Below are positions 34,746 through 47,816 of a stretch of 48,563 bases of DNA, one piece after another (position 1 is the stretch's first letter; every line of letters begins with the position of its first letter). This DNA is from Octopus sinensis (lineage: Eukaryota), in NCBI RefSeq assembly GCF_006345805.1, contig NW_021834440.1, forward strand, positions 1 through 48,563. The letters run 5' to 3'. The notes beneath the pieces were generated by a model. The model was given only the letters and a program-made list of their open reading frames with translations, searched no databases and was not told where the DNA came from. Both the position numbers and the translations under genes were made by a program.

Positions 34746-35248
34746 AAAAATAATTATTCACTTTCCATTTTCTTTACATTTCTTCTCCCGTCCTTTTTTC
34801 CTCCTTCTACAGCTTCCAACTTCTCTCTATTCTTCCATCTTCTCACTAAAATTCCCAACACCAACCACGCCGAAACCCATCCCGCTCTCTTCTCTGCTTT
34901 CTCCTGTAGGTATATACGTCTGTCTCTACACCGGAACCACCTCCTACGGTTCTTTTGTCTCATTCGCTGTGCTTCAGCTGATTCTACGTAAGGCAACGAC
35001 ATTTAAACAACGCAAAAATTATTAAAAAGACACAAAATTAAAAATAATTACATCGATGTATGTATTTAAGTGTATATATGAGCACATACGAGCACACAAT
35101 CGTACCTTCCTCCTACATGTATGCATACATACATACACACACATATGTGTGTATGTGCTTGTGACTGTGTATGTACGTTTGTATATATAGGTGCTCCAGC
35201 ATGACCACAACCACATGACTGAAACGAATAAGAGAATAAAAGAATATT

Positions 35249-35343
35249 TGGCACCTTGGCTAGCGTCTTCTACTATAGCCTCGGGCCGACCAAAAACCTT
35301 GTGAATGGATTTGATAGACGGAAACTGAAAGAAGCCCGTCATG

Positions 35344-35408
<65 letters not shown>

Positions 35409-35587
35409 TGTATGCTTGTATGTCTGTGTTTGTCCCTCCAACATCGCTTGACAACCGATGCTGGTGTGTTTACGCCCCCGTAACCAAGCGGTTCGTCAAA
35501 AAACACCGATAGAATATGTACTAGGCTTACAAAGAATAGGTCCTAGGATCGATTTTCTCGACTGAAACAAGTAAAAGAATAAAAGAG
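35249..35587 (+). mobile_element. SINE B, 5'-truncated, preceded by a 3' tail fragment at 35189-35245
   Basis: ggcaccttgg..gtcttctactatagcctcgggccgacc...gactgaaacaagtaaaag. Confidence 0.85.
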
Positions 35588-35588
35588 C

Positions 35589-35626
<38 letters not shown>

Positions 35627-35684
35627 ACATACATACATATATATGTATATGTACATATATGTATATATGTATGTATGTATGTAT

Positions 35685-35718
<34 letters not shown>

Positions 35719-35955
35719 CTTATATATACATCTATATGTATATATATATACGCATACATAATGGATATATATATGCAACAACAAAAAATATATTTATATT
35801 CATATATGTGTACGTGTATAAATAAAGGAATATATATTATGCATGCACGCACACACACACATATATATATACATACATACATATATATGTATGTACGTAT
35901 GTATACATACATACATACATACATACATACATACATACATACATACATACATACA

Positions 35956-36006
<51 letters not shown>

Positions 36007-36007
36007 G

Positions 36008-37297
36008 CTACAAGGTTAGAAGTCATTGACACTTTTGTTTACCTTGGAAAAACACGTCAAGATGGCCGGCGGTCTTGATGTAGAGATATTCTGTTCTGAA
36101 TAGGGGAATGGCAGTGTTGCATTTGGAAACCTCGAAAAGCGAGTATGGGCAGATAGAAATATTTCCTTGCAGACAATACTCAGTGTCTATAAAACGTTCA
36201 CTGCACTTCTTTATTAGAATGAGACGTGGACCGCTTACAGGCGTCATATGAAAATGCTGGAGAGATTTCATCAAAAGTTCCACTGACATATCTTAGGAGT
36301 CAGGGGGGGGGGAATGTTTCATACCAGATAAAGCTCAATTGAACAACATGTTATCTTGGCTCAAATGAGATGGGCTGGTCATGTTATTAGAATGAAAGAT
36401 GAGCGATTGTCTAAGCGTCCTTATTACGGTAAGCTTAACTCTGTTAAGCGATTGCAAGCCGAGAAAAGGGTATAAAGAATGTGTGAAGGAAAACCTGAAC
36501 AAAATAAATATGAACAATAGTGATTGGGAAATTGATACTCTGGATCGGAACATGTGGAATGGTGCTGTTAGTACTAATTGCAATGCTTGGGAGGAGGAGA
36601 TGCTTCAGCGCTCTGAGCTTAGAAGGGCATGTCAGAAACGAACAATTAACATTGAAATCAACAGTGAATATTTGATATGTATTATGTGCGATCGTGATCG
36701 GTTATCAAAAGCAATATACGTGAATCATATGAAGTCACATGAAAATCGAATGTCCAGGCCATTAATAATCTTGAAATCCAACCGCCTCTTACAACTTGTG
36801 TCATATGTCACAAAACTTGTAAAACAAGATCTGGACTGAAATGACAGAAGCTAGTTCGCAAAAAGATTTCTTCAGGATCAGATTCCAAAGAGCAAAGATG
36901 TACAAGAAACTTGAATAATATCTGTCACTTGTAAGGCGGCGAGCTGGCAGAAACATTAGCACGCCAGGTGATACGCTCAGCAGTATTTCGTCTGCCGCTA
37001 CGTTCTGAGTTCAAATTCCGCCGAGGTCGAATTTGCCTTTCATCCTTTTGGAGTCAATAAATTCAGTGCCAGTTGCGTACTGTTGTCGATCTAATCGACT
37101 GGCTCCTCCGCCCACAAAATTTCGGACCTTGTGCCTAGAGTAGAAAAGAATATCTGTCACTTGTGCTTTAAACGCTGTCAGGAGTTAGTCTTAAATGTCA
37201 TCTGAAGCTTCACCAACGGAGGGAATTTGCTGTATGATGGGGTGATGTTTGTGTGTTGATGGGACGGCTATCGTCATTCAAGATGAAGCAATCATCA
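36008..37297 (+). mobile_element. RTE (BovB-like) LINE 3' part, decayed, interrupted by SINE A
   Basis: [43 protein letters not shown], then C2H2-like fingers. Confidence 0.85.
36933..37148 (+). mobile_element. SINE A monomer (216 bp) with a perfect 16-bp TSD
   Basis: aatatctgtcacttgt at 36917-32 and 37149-64. Confidence 0.95.
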
Positions 37298-37690
37298 TGT
37301 ATATTTAAATACATACGTATGTATGCGCACGATTATTGTAAAGTCTGGTTGCACGAGTTTTTGAAACTAAAAGTGCTTGAAAGAAGCACTCTGCAAATCA
37401 GGAATGAGCCACCCAATATGAGGCTGAGATCGTTAAACTCTTAGCTGACCTAAACAAGAGCATATTGTAGCTGAAACTAAATTATTTTGACAATGTAGCC
37501 ATTGGAGAAAATTTATCAATGAAACATGAACGAACACCCATAGGAATTAATCAATCCAACATGGCATTTAGTATTCAAAGGTATCTTAATACCGCTGAAA
37601 TAAGAGATATAAGTCGTTAACGATCTGAAAAGGTAAATGATGTAGCGCCCTTGACTTGGAAGTTGTGAAAGTTATCATTTGGCAGGTTGA

Positions 37691-37774
<84 letters not shown>

Positions 37775-37806
37775 AGCAGACACTCACACAGAGAGACAGA
37801 GACAAA

Positions 37807-38690
37807 CAGTCGGTATCAAAACGTTTCTGGACTAGTTATGTTTAAGAAAAAAATTACTTATTTACCTAAGTTTTAACATTATCTCCTTCGAAATACTTAC
37901 CATGCACAGCAATACACTGGTCCCAGCTTCCTGCCACTTTTGGAGTTCGGCCTGGAAGTCGTTTTCCGTAAGCGAGTCGAGGACCTTCTGCGAATCGCTC
38001 TGGATCTCGAAAACGTGCATTTTGAGAAGCATTTTGATCTTGGGTAAGAGATGGAAGTCTGGGGGTGCTAAATCTGGTGAATAGGGCGCGTGCTGAAACG
38101 ATACCATGTTGTTTTTGGCGAGATACTCGCGTATGAGGAGAGTTCAGTGACATAGTTCTTTGACGTCGTGAAGAGTCCAATTCTTCGCCCTCCACAGAAC
38201 CGGTCGCTTTCGCTGAACGTCCTCCCTAAAACGTTTCAAAACGTCACGAAAGAACTCTCCATTAACGGGCTGGCCCTGAGGAACGAATTCTAGATGCACA
38301 ATACCGCTGATGTCGAAAAGAAACGATGAGCAGATCTTCCAGATCGCTCATCATCCTTCAGGGGGGATCATCAGCTTTTGAAGCACTCGTGCCGCTCGAA
38401 ACATTGCATACGACCCATTGCCTCGTCGCTGTAAGCTTGCCGAAGCATGATCAATGTCTCTGTAGCAGACTTACCAAGTTTAATACAAAATTTCACGTTG
38501 GCTCTTTGATCCAGCTCCCTGTCCATGACAAAAATCGTAGACTACAGCATACATGTGATCACAACAACACAAAAATCACAACTTACGAAGCAAACCCAGC
38601 GGCGTTACTTGGCACAATGCCTCATTCAGGTCACTGCTAGCTTTCATTATGCACGCAACCTCTGTGCTGCCATCTTTTGGCGCGCTACAG
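37807..38690 (-). mobile_element. Internally deleted mariner, one TIR visible
   Basis: ATG at 38526: MDRELDQRANVKFCIKLGKSATET..DDERSGR, then a jump to FDISGIVHLEFVPQGQPVN..HAPYSPDLAPPDFHL..YFEGD; TIR-like cagtcggtatcaaaacgtttctggact at 37807. Confidence 0.85.
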
Positions 38691-38694
38691 GATT

Positions 38695-38919
38695 ACTCTT
38701 TTACTCTTTTTTTTTTTACTCTTTTACTTGTTTCAGTCATCTGATTGTGGCCATGCTGGAACACCGCCATTAGTTGAGGAAATCGACCCCAGGACTTATT
38801 CTTTGTAAGCCTAGTACTTATTCTATTGTTCTCTTACGCCGAACCGATAAGTTACGGGGACATAAACACACCAGCATCGCTTGTCAAGCGATGTTGGGAG
38901 GACAAACACAGACACACAA

Positions 38920-38972
<53 letters not shown>

Positions 38973-39124
38973 TATATACGACGGGCTTCTTTCTGTTTCC
39001 GTCTACCAAATCCACTCACAAGGTTTTGGTCGGCCCGAGGTTATAGTAGAAGACACTTGCCCAAGGTTCCACGCAGTGGGACTGAACCCGGAACCATGTG
39101 GTTAGTAAGCAAGCTACTTACCAC
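38695..39124 (-). mobile_element. SINE family B
   Basis: Reverse complement of the family B sequence with internal (CA)n. Confidence 0.9.
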
Positions 39125-39419
39125 GACTTTTTGATACAACTCGTATATAGATATATAGGCATGAAAGCAGATAGACACATACACAGACAGACATACGAAA
39201 TACAGTCAGACGAAATACAGAAATTATCACTCAAACATTCAAAATGTTTTAATCAAACACGTTAGATACGGTAATGCTCATAGAACTCTCAACACGATAA
39301 TGTATCTAAAGGCATGACAGATCATAAAACTAGCTGAACTTATTGTGAAGTTTCTACAGGTGAAAACTTAGAATGAAATAGATTCGCTGATTACTGTTAC
39401 CGTCATAAACAGATGTCTA

Positions 39420-40320
39420 TAAGTCAGTGAGCTGACAGAATTGTTACCGTGTCGAACAAAATGCGTAGCCGTATTTGGTCTGTCTTTAAGTTCGGAGTTC
39501 AAATTCCGCTAATGTTGACTTTGCCTTTCATCCTTCGAGATCGATAAAATAAGTACCAGTAATATACTGGAGTCGATGTACTTGACTCATACCTTCCCCT
39601 GAACTTGTTGGTCTTGCACTAAAATTAGAAACCGGATTGTAGATGTCGATCAGTCGGCCAGGTGGCAAGGATCATTACCGCCCTAAACAAAATGCGCTGA
39701 GATATTTCATCTAGTTTTTTTTTCCGTTCTGAGTTTATACGCCGTCAAGATCGATTTTGCCTTTCATGCTTTCGGGGCGCATAAATCAAGCATCACTTGA
39801 GCACTGGGGACAATGTAATCAAATTACCCCCTCCCCTGAAATTAGTGGCATTGTGCCAAAATTTGAAGCCGTATTATGGATGTCGATAAGGTTGCAGAAT
39901 CGTTGCTGCGCCGACAAAATGTTGTTGTTTGTTCCTTCTCGAGCCACGCCTGGCTCATAACGGCCGGTTTCCCGTATTCCATGGCGTATAGGTTCCCCAC
40001 CTGGACGGGACACCGGTCCATCGCAAGTGAGCTGCAAGATGCAGGAGGAAAGAGTGAGAGAAAGTTGTGGCAGAAGTTTGCCATTACTCTCTGCCGGAGC
40101 TGCGTGGAGCTTAGGTATTTCGGTCATAAACACACACATCGCCCGGTCTGAGATTCGAACCCGGGAGTCCGCTGCTCTAACCACTAGGCCATGTGCCTCC
40201 ACTAGACCATGTGCCTATGACAAAATGCGTAGCGATATTTCATCCAGCTTTTACGTTCTGAGTTCGATATAGCCTTTTATCCTTTCGGTACCAGTCAAGT
40301 ATTTTCACCAATGTAATCGA
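39420..40320 (+). mobile_element. Three degenerate SINE A-related units in tandem, the third split by SINE C
   Basis: gagctgacagaattgtta..., gagttcaaattccgc, gcctttcatcc motifs repeated. Confidence 0.7.
39922..40218 (-). mobile_element. SINE family C with a 9-bp TSD
   Basis: A box tggcctagtgg, B box ggttcgaatct, (AAC)n tail; TSD gacaaaatg at 39913-21 and 40219-27. Confidence 0.85.
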
Positions 40321-40334
40321 TTTGTTATCTTTTG

Positions 40335-40525
40335 CTTTTTTTTCAGTCATTAGACTACGCCATGCTGGGGCGCCGCCTTCAAGAATTTTTTAGTTGAATG
40401 AACCAACCCTCAGTACTTAATTTTTGTTTAAAGCCGGGGACTTATTTTATCAGTCACATTTGGTGAAACGCTACATAACAGGGAGGTAAACACTTCAACA
40501 ACTGTTGCCAAGCGGTGCTGGTGAA
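40335..40525 (-). mobile_element. SINE B 3' fragment
   Basis: ttcagtcattagact..ccatgctggggcgccgcctt. Confidence 0.65.
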
Positions 40526-40560
40526 GAACATAAAATATGTACAGACATATATAGATAGAT

Positions 40561-40658
<98 letters not shown>

Positions 40659-40710
40659 GTAGATAGATAGATAGCTATAGATATAAATATATGCATATAC
40701 ATACGTACAT

Positions 40711-41032
40711 AAACCAGAAAGGAGAAAGCTATTTCGCAGAATACAGATCCAATCAATGGAACCGTAAAAATCTGTAAAACTTACCAGAAGTTTAGCATTT
40801 AAATATATATAAGCATGTCTAGATATGCAAATATATGCATGTGAATACATACATAAAACATGCAAATCTGCACATCCATCCATCCATATATACATACATA
40901 CATACATACATAAAAACAAACAAAAATACCTTCTTGTTGATGTTGAAATTCCAATGAGGGAGCCTTGGATCTAGGTTCGAAACCGATTCTTTCTCTATTG
41001 GCAAGAAATCTTGAAATAAACTGAATAATGAC
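40711..41032 (+). mobile_element. (CATA)n-associated RLE LINE 3' fragment
   Basis: KPERRKLFRRIQIQS..GTVKICKTYQKFSI* plus the same UTR as 31328-31530; CATA repeats on both flanks. Confidence 0.85.
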
Positions 41033-41104
41033 CTACATACATGCATACATACATACATACATACATACATACATACATACATACATACATACATACATAC
41101 ATAC

Positions 41105-41147
<43 letters not shown>

Positions 41148-41212
41148 CATACATACATACATACATACATACATACATACATACATACATACATGCATAC
41201 AGGCATACATAC

Positions 41213-41757
41213 ATTCAAAATGTAACCGCCAATGTACTGTTGGCGATTTTTTTCCCTCTCTCTTCCCTTCTCTGGATTTTTCCTTCTCCTGTGTTTCCGA
41301 CGAAGAGCTCCGCTCGAAACGTTAAACTCGCCTTCTTTCCTTCTTTCCTGAGCGTCCAATAATACTATATTTGTTCCACGTCCTCGCGTTGTTGTGTTGT
41401 TTTTTTTTGTGCTTTCATGTTTGGATTAACTTTACATACATACATACATACATACATGCATGCATGCATACATACATACATACATACATACATACATACA
41501 TACATACATACATACATACATGCATGCATGCATGCATACATACATTCAAAATGTAACCGCGTGTGTACCGTTGGCGATTTTTTCCCTCTCTCTTCCCTTC
41601 TCTGGATTTTCCTTCTCCTATGTTTCCGACGAAGAGCTCCGCTCGAAACGATAGACCCGCCTTCTTTCCTTCTTTCCTGAGCGTCCAATAATACTATATT
41701 TGTTCCACGTCCTCGCGTTGTTGTGTTTTTTTGTGCTTTTATGGTTGGATTAACTTT
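41213..41757 (+). mobile_element. Two tandem ~215-bp Penelope pLTR/retrozyme-like units separated by (CATA)n
   Basis: 41213-41432 and 41543-41757 are near-identical; each carries ccgacgaagagctccgctcgaaacg. Confidence 0.7.
41293..41327 (+). ncRNA. Minimal hammerhead-like motif (U4C core variant)
   Basis: GUUU-CCGACGA-A-GAGC(UCC)GCUC-GAAA-CG-UU-AAAC; second, mutated copy at 41622-41656. Confidence 0.5.
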
Positions 41758-41782
41758 ACATACATACATACATACATACATA

Positions 41783-41930
41783 AGACGGGCATCTTTCAAT
41801 TTCCGTCAACCAAATCCTCTCACAAGGCTTTGGTCGGCGTCAGGCAGAAAGCACTTGCCCAAGGTGCCACGCACGCAGTGGGACTGTACCCGGAACCACA
41901 CGGTTGAGAAACAAACTTCTTACCACATAC
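41783..41930 (-). mobile_element. SINE B 5' fragment
   Basis: gacgggc..caaggtgccacgc..gtgggactg..cttaccaca. Confidence 0.75.
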
Positions 41931-42289
41931 CACACAGTCAAAGCTTAGAAAGAATAATTTATAGACATCAATCGGAGGCAGCCGAACATTTAGGAGAATA
42001 GCGGAAACTGCCGAACCATTTATCTCTCACTCAAAGTATAAAGTTAATTTTAATAAAATAAATCATGCAACGAACAAAAATTCAACACATATTGTGATTA
42101 TCGAACTATAACGTTTGTGAATAAATTTTACAATTGAAATTGTAAAATATATTCCAAATATATTCCAGTGTGTAATCGGCTTCGTCAAGATCTTATTGTT
42201 ACTGCTATTGAGGAAAAAAAATGTTTTTCTCTCTTCTTGCTAGCTTGTTTTTGTATATTTGCGTATATTTGCTTCCTTTTTTGCTTATA

Positions 42290-42360
42290 TATATATACAT
42301 ATATAATTATATGTGTGTGTGTAGATATACATATATATATATATATATATAGATAGATAG

Positions 42361-42409
<49 letters not shown>

Positions 42410-42410
42410 G

Positions 42411-42455
<45 letters not shown>

Positions 42456-42703
42456 GATATAAATATATATATATATATTTATATGTAGATATAAATATAT
42501 ATTTTTTATTTATGTATGTATAGAAACATATATACATATATAGGTATGTATTTATGTGTATATGTGCGTGTGCTTGAGTGTGTATGTATGTACGAACGTA
42601 TGTATGTACGAACGTATGTATGTACGTGTGTATTGTTGTATGTATGTATGTATGAATATATGTATATATTTATTTATGTATTTATGTGTGTACATATATA
42701 TAC

Positions 42704-42743
<40 letters not shown>

Positions 42744-43780
42744 ATGCACATATGTATGTATATGCGTATATACAAATGTATGTAAATATGTATGTACGTA
42801 TAAATAACTATGTTTTTATGTATATATGTATGTAGGTGTGTATATAAATTCTTCTATTATTTTGTAATGTCTATCTTTATTTCTCTACGCTTTTGTCATT
42901 TCCGCCATTATTATTTTCAGCACCATCAACGCCATCATCATCATCATCATCACTATTACCATCACCTTCGTCATCATCATCATCATCATCATCATTACCA
43001 TCATTTCCCTCATCACCATCAGCAGCAGCAGTAGCAAAATCTTTTCCATCATTATTTTCAGTGACGTAAGTGTCGTCATCATCATCATCATCATCACTAT
43101 CACCATCAACATAATCACCATCATCATCATCACCACCACCACCACCACCACCATCATCATTATCATCAGCATCATCATCATCATCACCTTCATCATAATC
43201 ACCATTATCATCATCATCATCACGATCACCACTACCACCACCACCACAACCATCACCACCACCACCACCACCACCACCATCATCATTATCATCAGCATCA
43301 TCATCATCACCTTCCTCATAATCATAATGACCGTCACCATCATCATCATCATCGTTGCAATCGTTGTCATCGTCGTTCTCGTCGTCATCGTCGTCATTAT
43401 AGCAATCACTGAGCCAAATAAAATTGAGAGGGCATATCAGATGATGCAGCTCTGAATGCAGTGTGTCTTAATAAAAGATGGGATTGTCACAGCTGGAGTA
43501 CTTTTGCTCATAAGCCTTCTTGATTAGGGATGACGGGGGTCCCTAAACAGAACAGCTAGCAACAAAATATTCATTGTTATTGCTCTTATGAATATTAATG
43601 TCATTTTTTATCTTCTTCCGCCGCATCACCAACATCGTCATCATCATCATCATCATCATCATCGTTATCATCGTCATTGTTAAAATCAACATAAAAGTCA
43701 TAATTATTATCTTCATCATCATCATCATCTTCATCATCATCGTCGCCGTCGTCGTCATCGTTTTCGTCATCATTATCGTC

Positions 43781-43813
<33 letters not shown>

Positions 43814-44072
43814 GTCATCGTCGTCATCGTCGTCGTCATTATCACTATCACCATCATTGCCATAATCACCATCATTGTCAGCATCACCAATATAAAACCC
43901 GTAATTATTATCTTCATCTCAACCGCCATCATCATCGTCGTCACCACCACCATCATAATCATCACCATCGCAATCGCCATCATCATCGTCATTCTCAGCA
44001 TCACCAATATAAAGTCTTAATCATTATGTTCATCTCAACCCCCCCCCCCCACCACCACCACCATCATCATCA

Positions 44073-44128
<56 letters not shown>

Positions 44129-44160
44129 CATCATCATTATCATCATTCCCACACCCATCA
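42290..44160. repeat. (TA)n and long degenerate (CAT/CAC)n tracts with local duplications
   Basis: Direct inspection, e.g. cagcatcaccaatataaa at ~43879 and ~43996; these tracts generate the poly-M/I/H ORFs. Confidence 0.85.
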
Positions 44161-44569
44161 TAGAACTATTCATAAATGTGTAAAATTGTGCGTTTGAATA
44201 TGCTGCGGAAGAGTATATTAAATAATAATTTACTAAAATATCTAATAAGACCACCTAACTTTGGACCCAACGTTTTGCTTTACTGTAATTTCAATAACCT
44301 CAGTCGGGTCGACACAAAACACACTGGAAGAGACGAGCGAAAGGAATATGATTTATCATACGCCGAAGATATTTTTAAAAAATACGCATATTCGAAAATA
44401 GATAGATGAAAGGTGTACGTATATATTGTCTGATGTGGCTATCTGTAAATGATAGCCACATTTTTTGGTGCTCTACTTCATGGTGAATTCTATGATGTAA
44501 TACAGTCGATGTTATTATAAATATTGTTATATAAATGCTTCGCATATACTTTGGTTACTATTTTATCCT

Positions 44570-45001
44570 TGTGGACCCGCGCCCCCATAGAATTCTATGT
44601 TTAAAAATGAGCTGTATAGAGAGACTTCTTTCAAAATTCTTATTTTGTTTTTCACACATTAATTTGAACTGCGTAAAATGTTAGAGGAAAAGAAACACCA
44701 AGCCGTTTCTCTCAATATTTACCAATACATACGTCTAAAGAAAAATTTTTCATTGACACTTAAAACACTATTGTGGATCTTCAATTTATTTTTTCACACA
44801 TTAAATTGTGTAGGCTGAATGTTAGAGAAAAAATACCAAGCTGTTTCTTGCAATAGATACCAATACATACGACTAAAGCAAACTTTTATCAGGGACCCTA
44901 AAAATAATATTGTGGATCCCTAATTTATTATTTTGATTATGGGCGCTTAGAAATTTTATAGGGACCCTCAGAGAACATAAGGACCCGGTTGAGAACCTCT
45001 G
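44570..45001 (-). mobile_element. hAT/Charlie-like non-autonomous element fragment with an internal ~140-bp duplication
   Basis: Terminal ggttgagaacctctg; tttttcacacatta...ccaatacatacg repeats at ~44648 and ~44790. Confidence 0.55.
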
Positions 45002-45083
45002 GCATAGAGGATTTGATACTGTAACCGGTTGGGGCGAAAGTCTTCTATAGGTATTGGTGGAGTTACTCATTTAATTAAAAGGA

Positions 45084-45127
<44 letters not shown>

Positions 45128-45194
45128 CTACACCACGGCCGCGGACACCCACACAGACAGATAGAGGGACAGACAGAGAGACAGACAGGTTATT

Positions 45195-45195
45195 T

Positions 45196-45275
<80 letters not shown>

Positions 45276-45279
45276 GATA

Positions 45280-45346
<67 letters not shown>

Positions 45347-45380
45347 TAGACAGACAGACAGATAAAATGTCAGACAGACA
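45195..45380. repeat. (GATA)n/(GACA)n microsatellite
   Basis: Direct inspection; abuts the LINE 3' end. Confidence 0.9.
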
Positions 45381-45384
45381 AATG

Positions 45385-46620
45385 TTTCTTTATTGGCCAC
45401 ACAAGGCTGAACACAGAGAGGACAAAATACATAGTAGAGCTTTTCTTTTTGGGGAAGAAGGAAAAAAAAGTGGGGCAAATTTCGATCAAAAGGGATCGTG
45501 AAAAAAAAGGCGATCAATAGGGATCGTGTATCAAAGAAATATCAATGTAAAAAGGGAAAACAGATTAGGTTTATCCGTAGAAAGAAAAGCCTACGGAAAA
45601 GACAACGGTAACCTTGAGCAATGTTATGCAAAAAAAAAACACATTACTGTATCTCTTTTTCCATTTTTTTTTTGTTCATAGGATTATGCTCAAGCTGGCC
45701 CCTACATTCACACGTGCCATCCTTGCTACATTCACCCATCTTTTTTGAAACATTTACAAGACAAAACTTCCCTCTCTACTCTCACCTTCCTTTTCAGGTG
45801 ATACTTGAAGAAGTTGATGAAAGATTGACCAGAGAGGTAAGTGCTGGTCTCTAGACCTTTCAGACGCGTCCACCATACACGTTCTTTTGCCATAGCCACA
45901 AGTATGATGAAAATGACTCTTCCTTTCCGTTTCAAGGAAGGAGGCGCGACAATATTCACGATAGACTTGATTGATAAATCGACTCGTCCCACATGCGATA
46001 GCAGTCGTTCGACATAGGTCGGAAATGATTGGACACTGTACGAGTGCGTGCAGGATGGTTTCGTTGCTCTGACCACATCTCGGGCAGGTCGGCCCTGTGT
46101 TTCTCGAGCCATGCCTGTAGAGCCTATCCCAAACAGGTAGCACTTCTCGATAGCACTGCTAGGCCAGGGATCTCTGGAAGCTGTCCATAGGTCTCGGCCC
46201 GAAAGTCGTCTTGAACAGGCGGGTCTGGTATTCCTCATCGACCCCCAAGTTCGCCCCGAGATCGTCGTCGTACCTCCTCTTCCCTAATCCCCTACAGAAT
46301 ATTTTGGTTGTGTTGAAGTCGCTCAAGGTCGACCCGGGACGGCATAGTTGCTTGAGAGCAACTCGCGGTGCCATTCGCCCTTCCTCGACCTCTTTTTGGT
46401 CCACGACTGCAGTTCGGACATAAAGACGAGCTGCAGGAAAGCGTGCCTCACAAATGGCCACCACACCTGTTCACCGTCGTCTACGCAGGGCCGGAGATGT
46501 CGCAGTCTCAGCGCGTGTCTGCGCATCGTCAACCACGGCATGCCTAGCCCTCCTTTTAACGGGTGATGGCAGCAAACGGATCGCCTGACCATCAGAACGC
46601 ATCCTTTTCACAAGAAGAAG
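45385..46620 (-). mobile_element. Tx1/L1-clade LINE, 5'-truncated (ORF2 C-terminus plus 3' UTR)
   Basis: CHHPLKGGLGMP, FQRSLA..LPVWDRL, CPRCGQSNETILHALVQC (CCHC), AKERVWWTR; ends gccaataaagaaa. Confidence 0.88.
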
Positions 46621-46919
46621 TTCCTTTTGGCCTGTAACGGGTTAAAATTCCATTGGTTTATTTAAAAGCACGCATATACATATAAATGCATACACACACA
46701 CGCACGCACATACACACATCTGAACGTATGTACACATATACGTACATGCTCATAAGCACAAAGAAACAGAGTAACACACTCACACACATACATATATACA
46801 TACATATATTTATATTTATATAAATATTTATATATATATACATACGTGTGGGGGAGAGATAGGGAGAAAGAGTATTAGCAGAAACGAACGTGGTGGTGGT
46901 GGTGGTGGAAGAGGGGGTG

Positions 46920-47395
46920 CATTAAAAGGAGGAGGAAGAGAAAGAGGTGCATGAAGAAGAAAGAAGAGAAGAAGAAGAAGAAGAAGAAGAAGAAGAAGAG
47001 AAGAAGAAGAAGAAGAAGAAGAAGAAGAAGAAGAAGAAGGAAGAGGGAGTTGGAGGGAAAGAAAGGATTGCTATTGAAAGAGTGAGATGAGAAATAGTTG
47101 CAGACAGAACGAGATGAAAGTGAAAAGAAAGAAAAGGACAGTGATTAAAAAAGAGAGTGAGAGAGAGAGAGAGTGAGGAGATATGAGAGGCATAGAAAGA
47201 GGAGTAATGAAAAGAGAGAGAAACAGAGAAAGGGGGAAAGTGAATGAAAGTGTAGCGATTGTGAGAGAAAAATGGAGGAGAGAAATGGGAAGAGAGAGAG
47301 AGAGTTAGGAATGAGTGATACAAATAGAGGGAAACAGATGGGGAGAGACAGACAGACAGACAGATGAGGAGAGAGGGAGAGGGAGGGAGAGGCAC
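46920..47395. repeat. Purine-rich (GAA)n/(GA)n tract
   Basis: Direct inspection. Confidence 0.85.
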
Positions 47396-47469
47396 TGTAT
47401 TTATATATGTGTGTGTGTGTGTGTGTATGTGAAAATGATATGAGAGGTGTGAAAGCTAATATGTCAGAA

Positions 47470-47612
47470 GGTTCGTTGATTGACAAATGGCAAAACTAGG
47501 GATGTGAGGAAGTGTTTCTTTTACTATCGTCTTTAATTCAGCAAAGATTTAGTGTAAGCGGCTGAGGTCAGATCAGGTGACCTGTAGTACTGGGGCAAAA
47601 ATCTAATCCATC
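47470..47612. promoter_or_regulatory. Candidate cis-regulatory module
   Basis: TGATTGACA, GAGGAAGTG, AGGTCAgatcAGGTGA/TGACCT and TAATCC within 140 bp of non-repeat DNA. Confidence 0.3.
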
Positions 47613-47784
47613 ACTCAGATACAAAACAAAAAAAAGTAAATAGCATAAACAGAAAAGGTAAACATAAAACAAAAACAAAAAAATCACTTGGACAGGATGC
47701 AAGTGTGTGAGTTGGTGTGAGGGGCATATGCGTTGTTCTTGTTGTTGTTAGGAGAGCTTAATGTTGATGTTGTTGGTGGTGGTG

Positions 47785-47816
<32 letters not shown>

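Noticed and set aside
34177-35025. Longest ORF in the track (282 aa)
   Set aside because: Concatenated (TA)n, (CAT)n and (TAG)n translations with no domain.
42885-44020. Met/Ile/His-rich ORFs of 140-174 aa
   Set aside because: Degenerate (CAT)n microsatellite.
46629-46646. ttaaccc piggyBac-like terminus on the minus strand
   Set aside because: No matching second end found.
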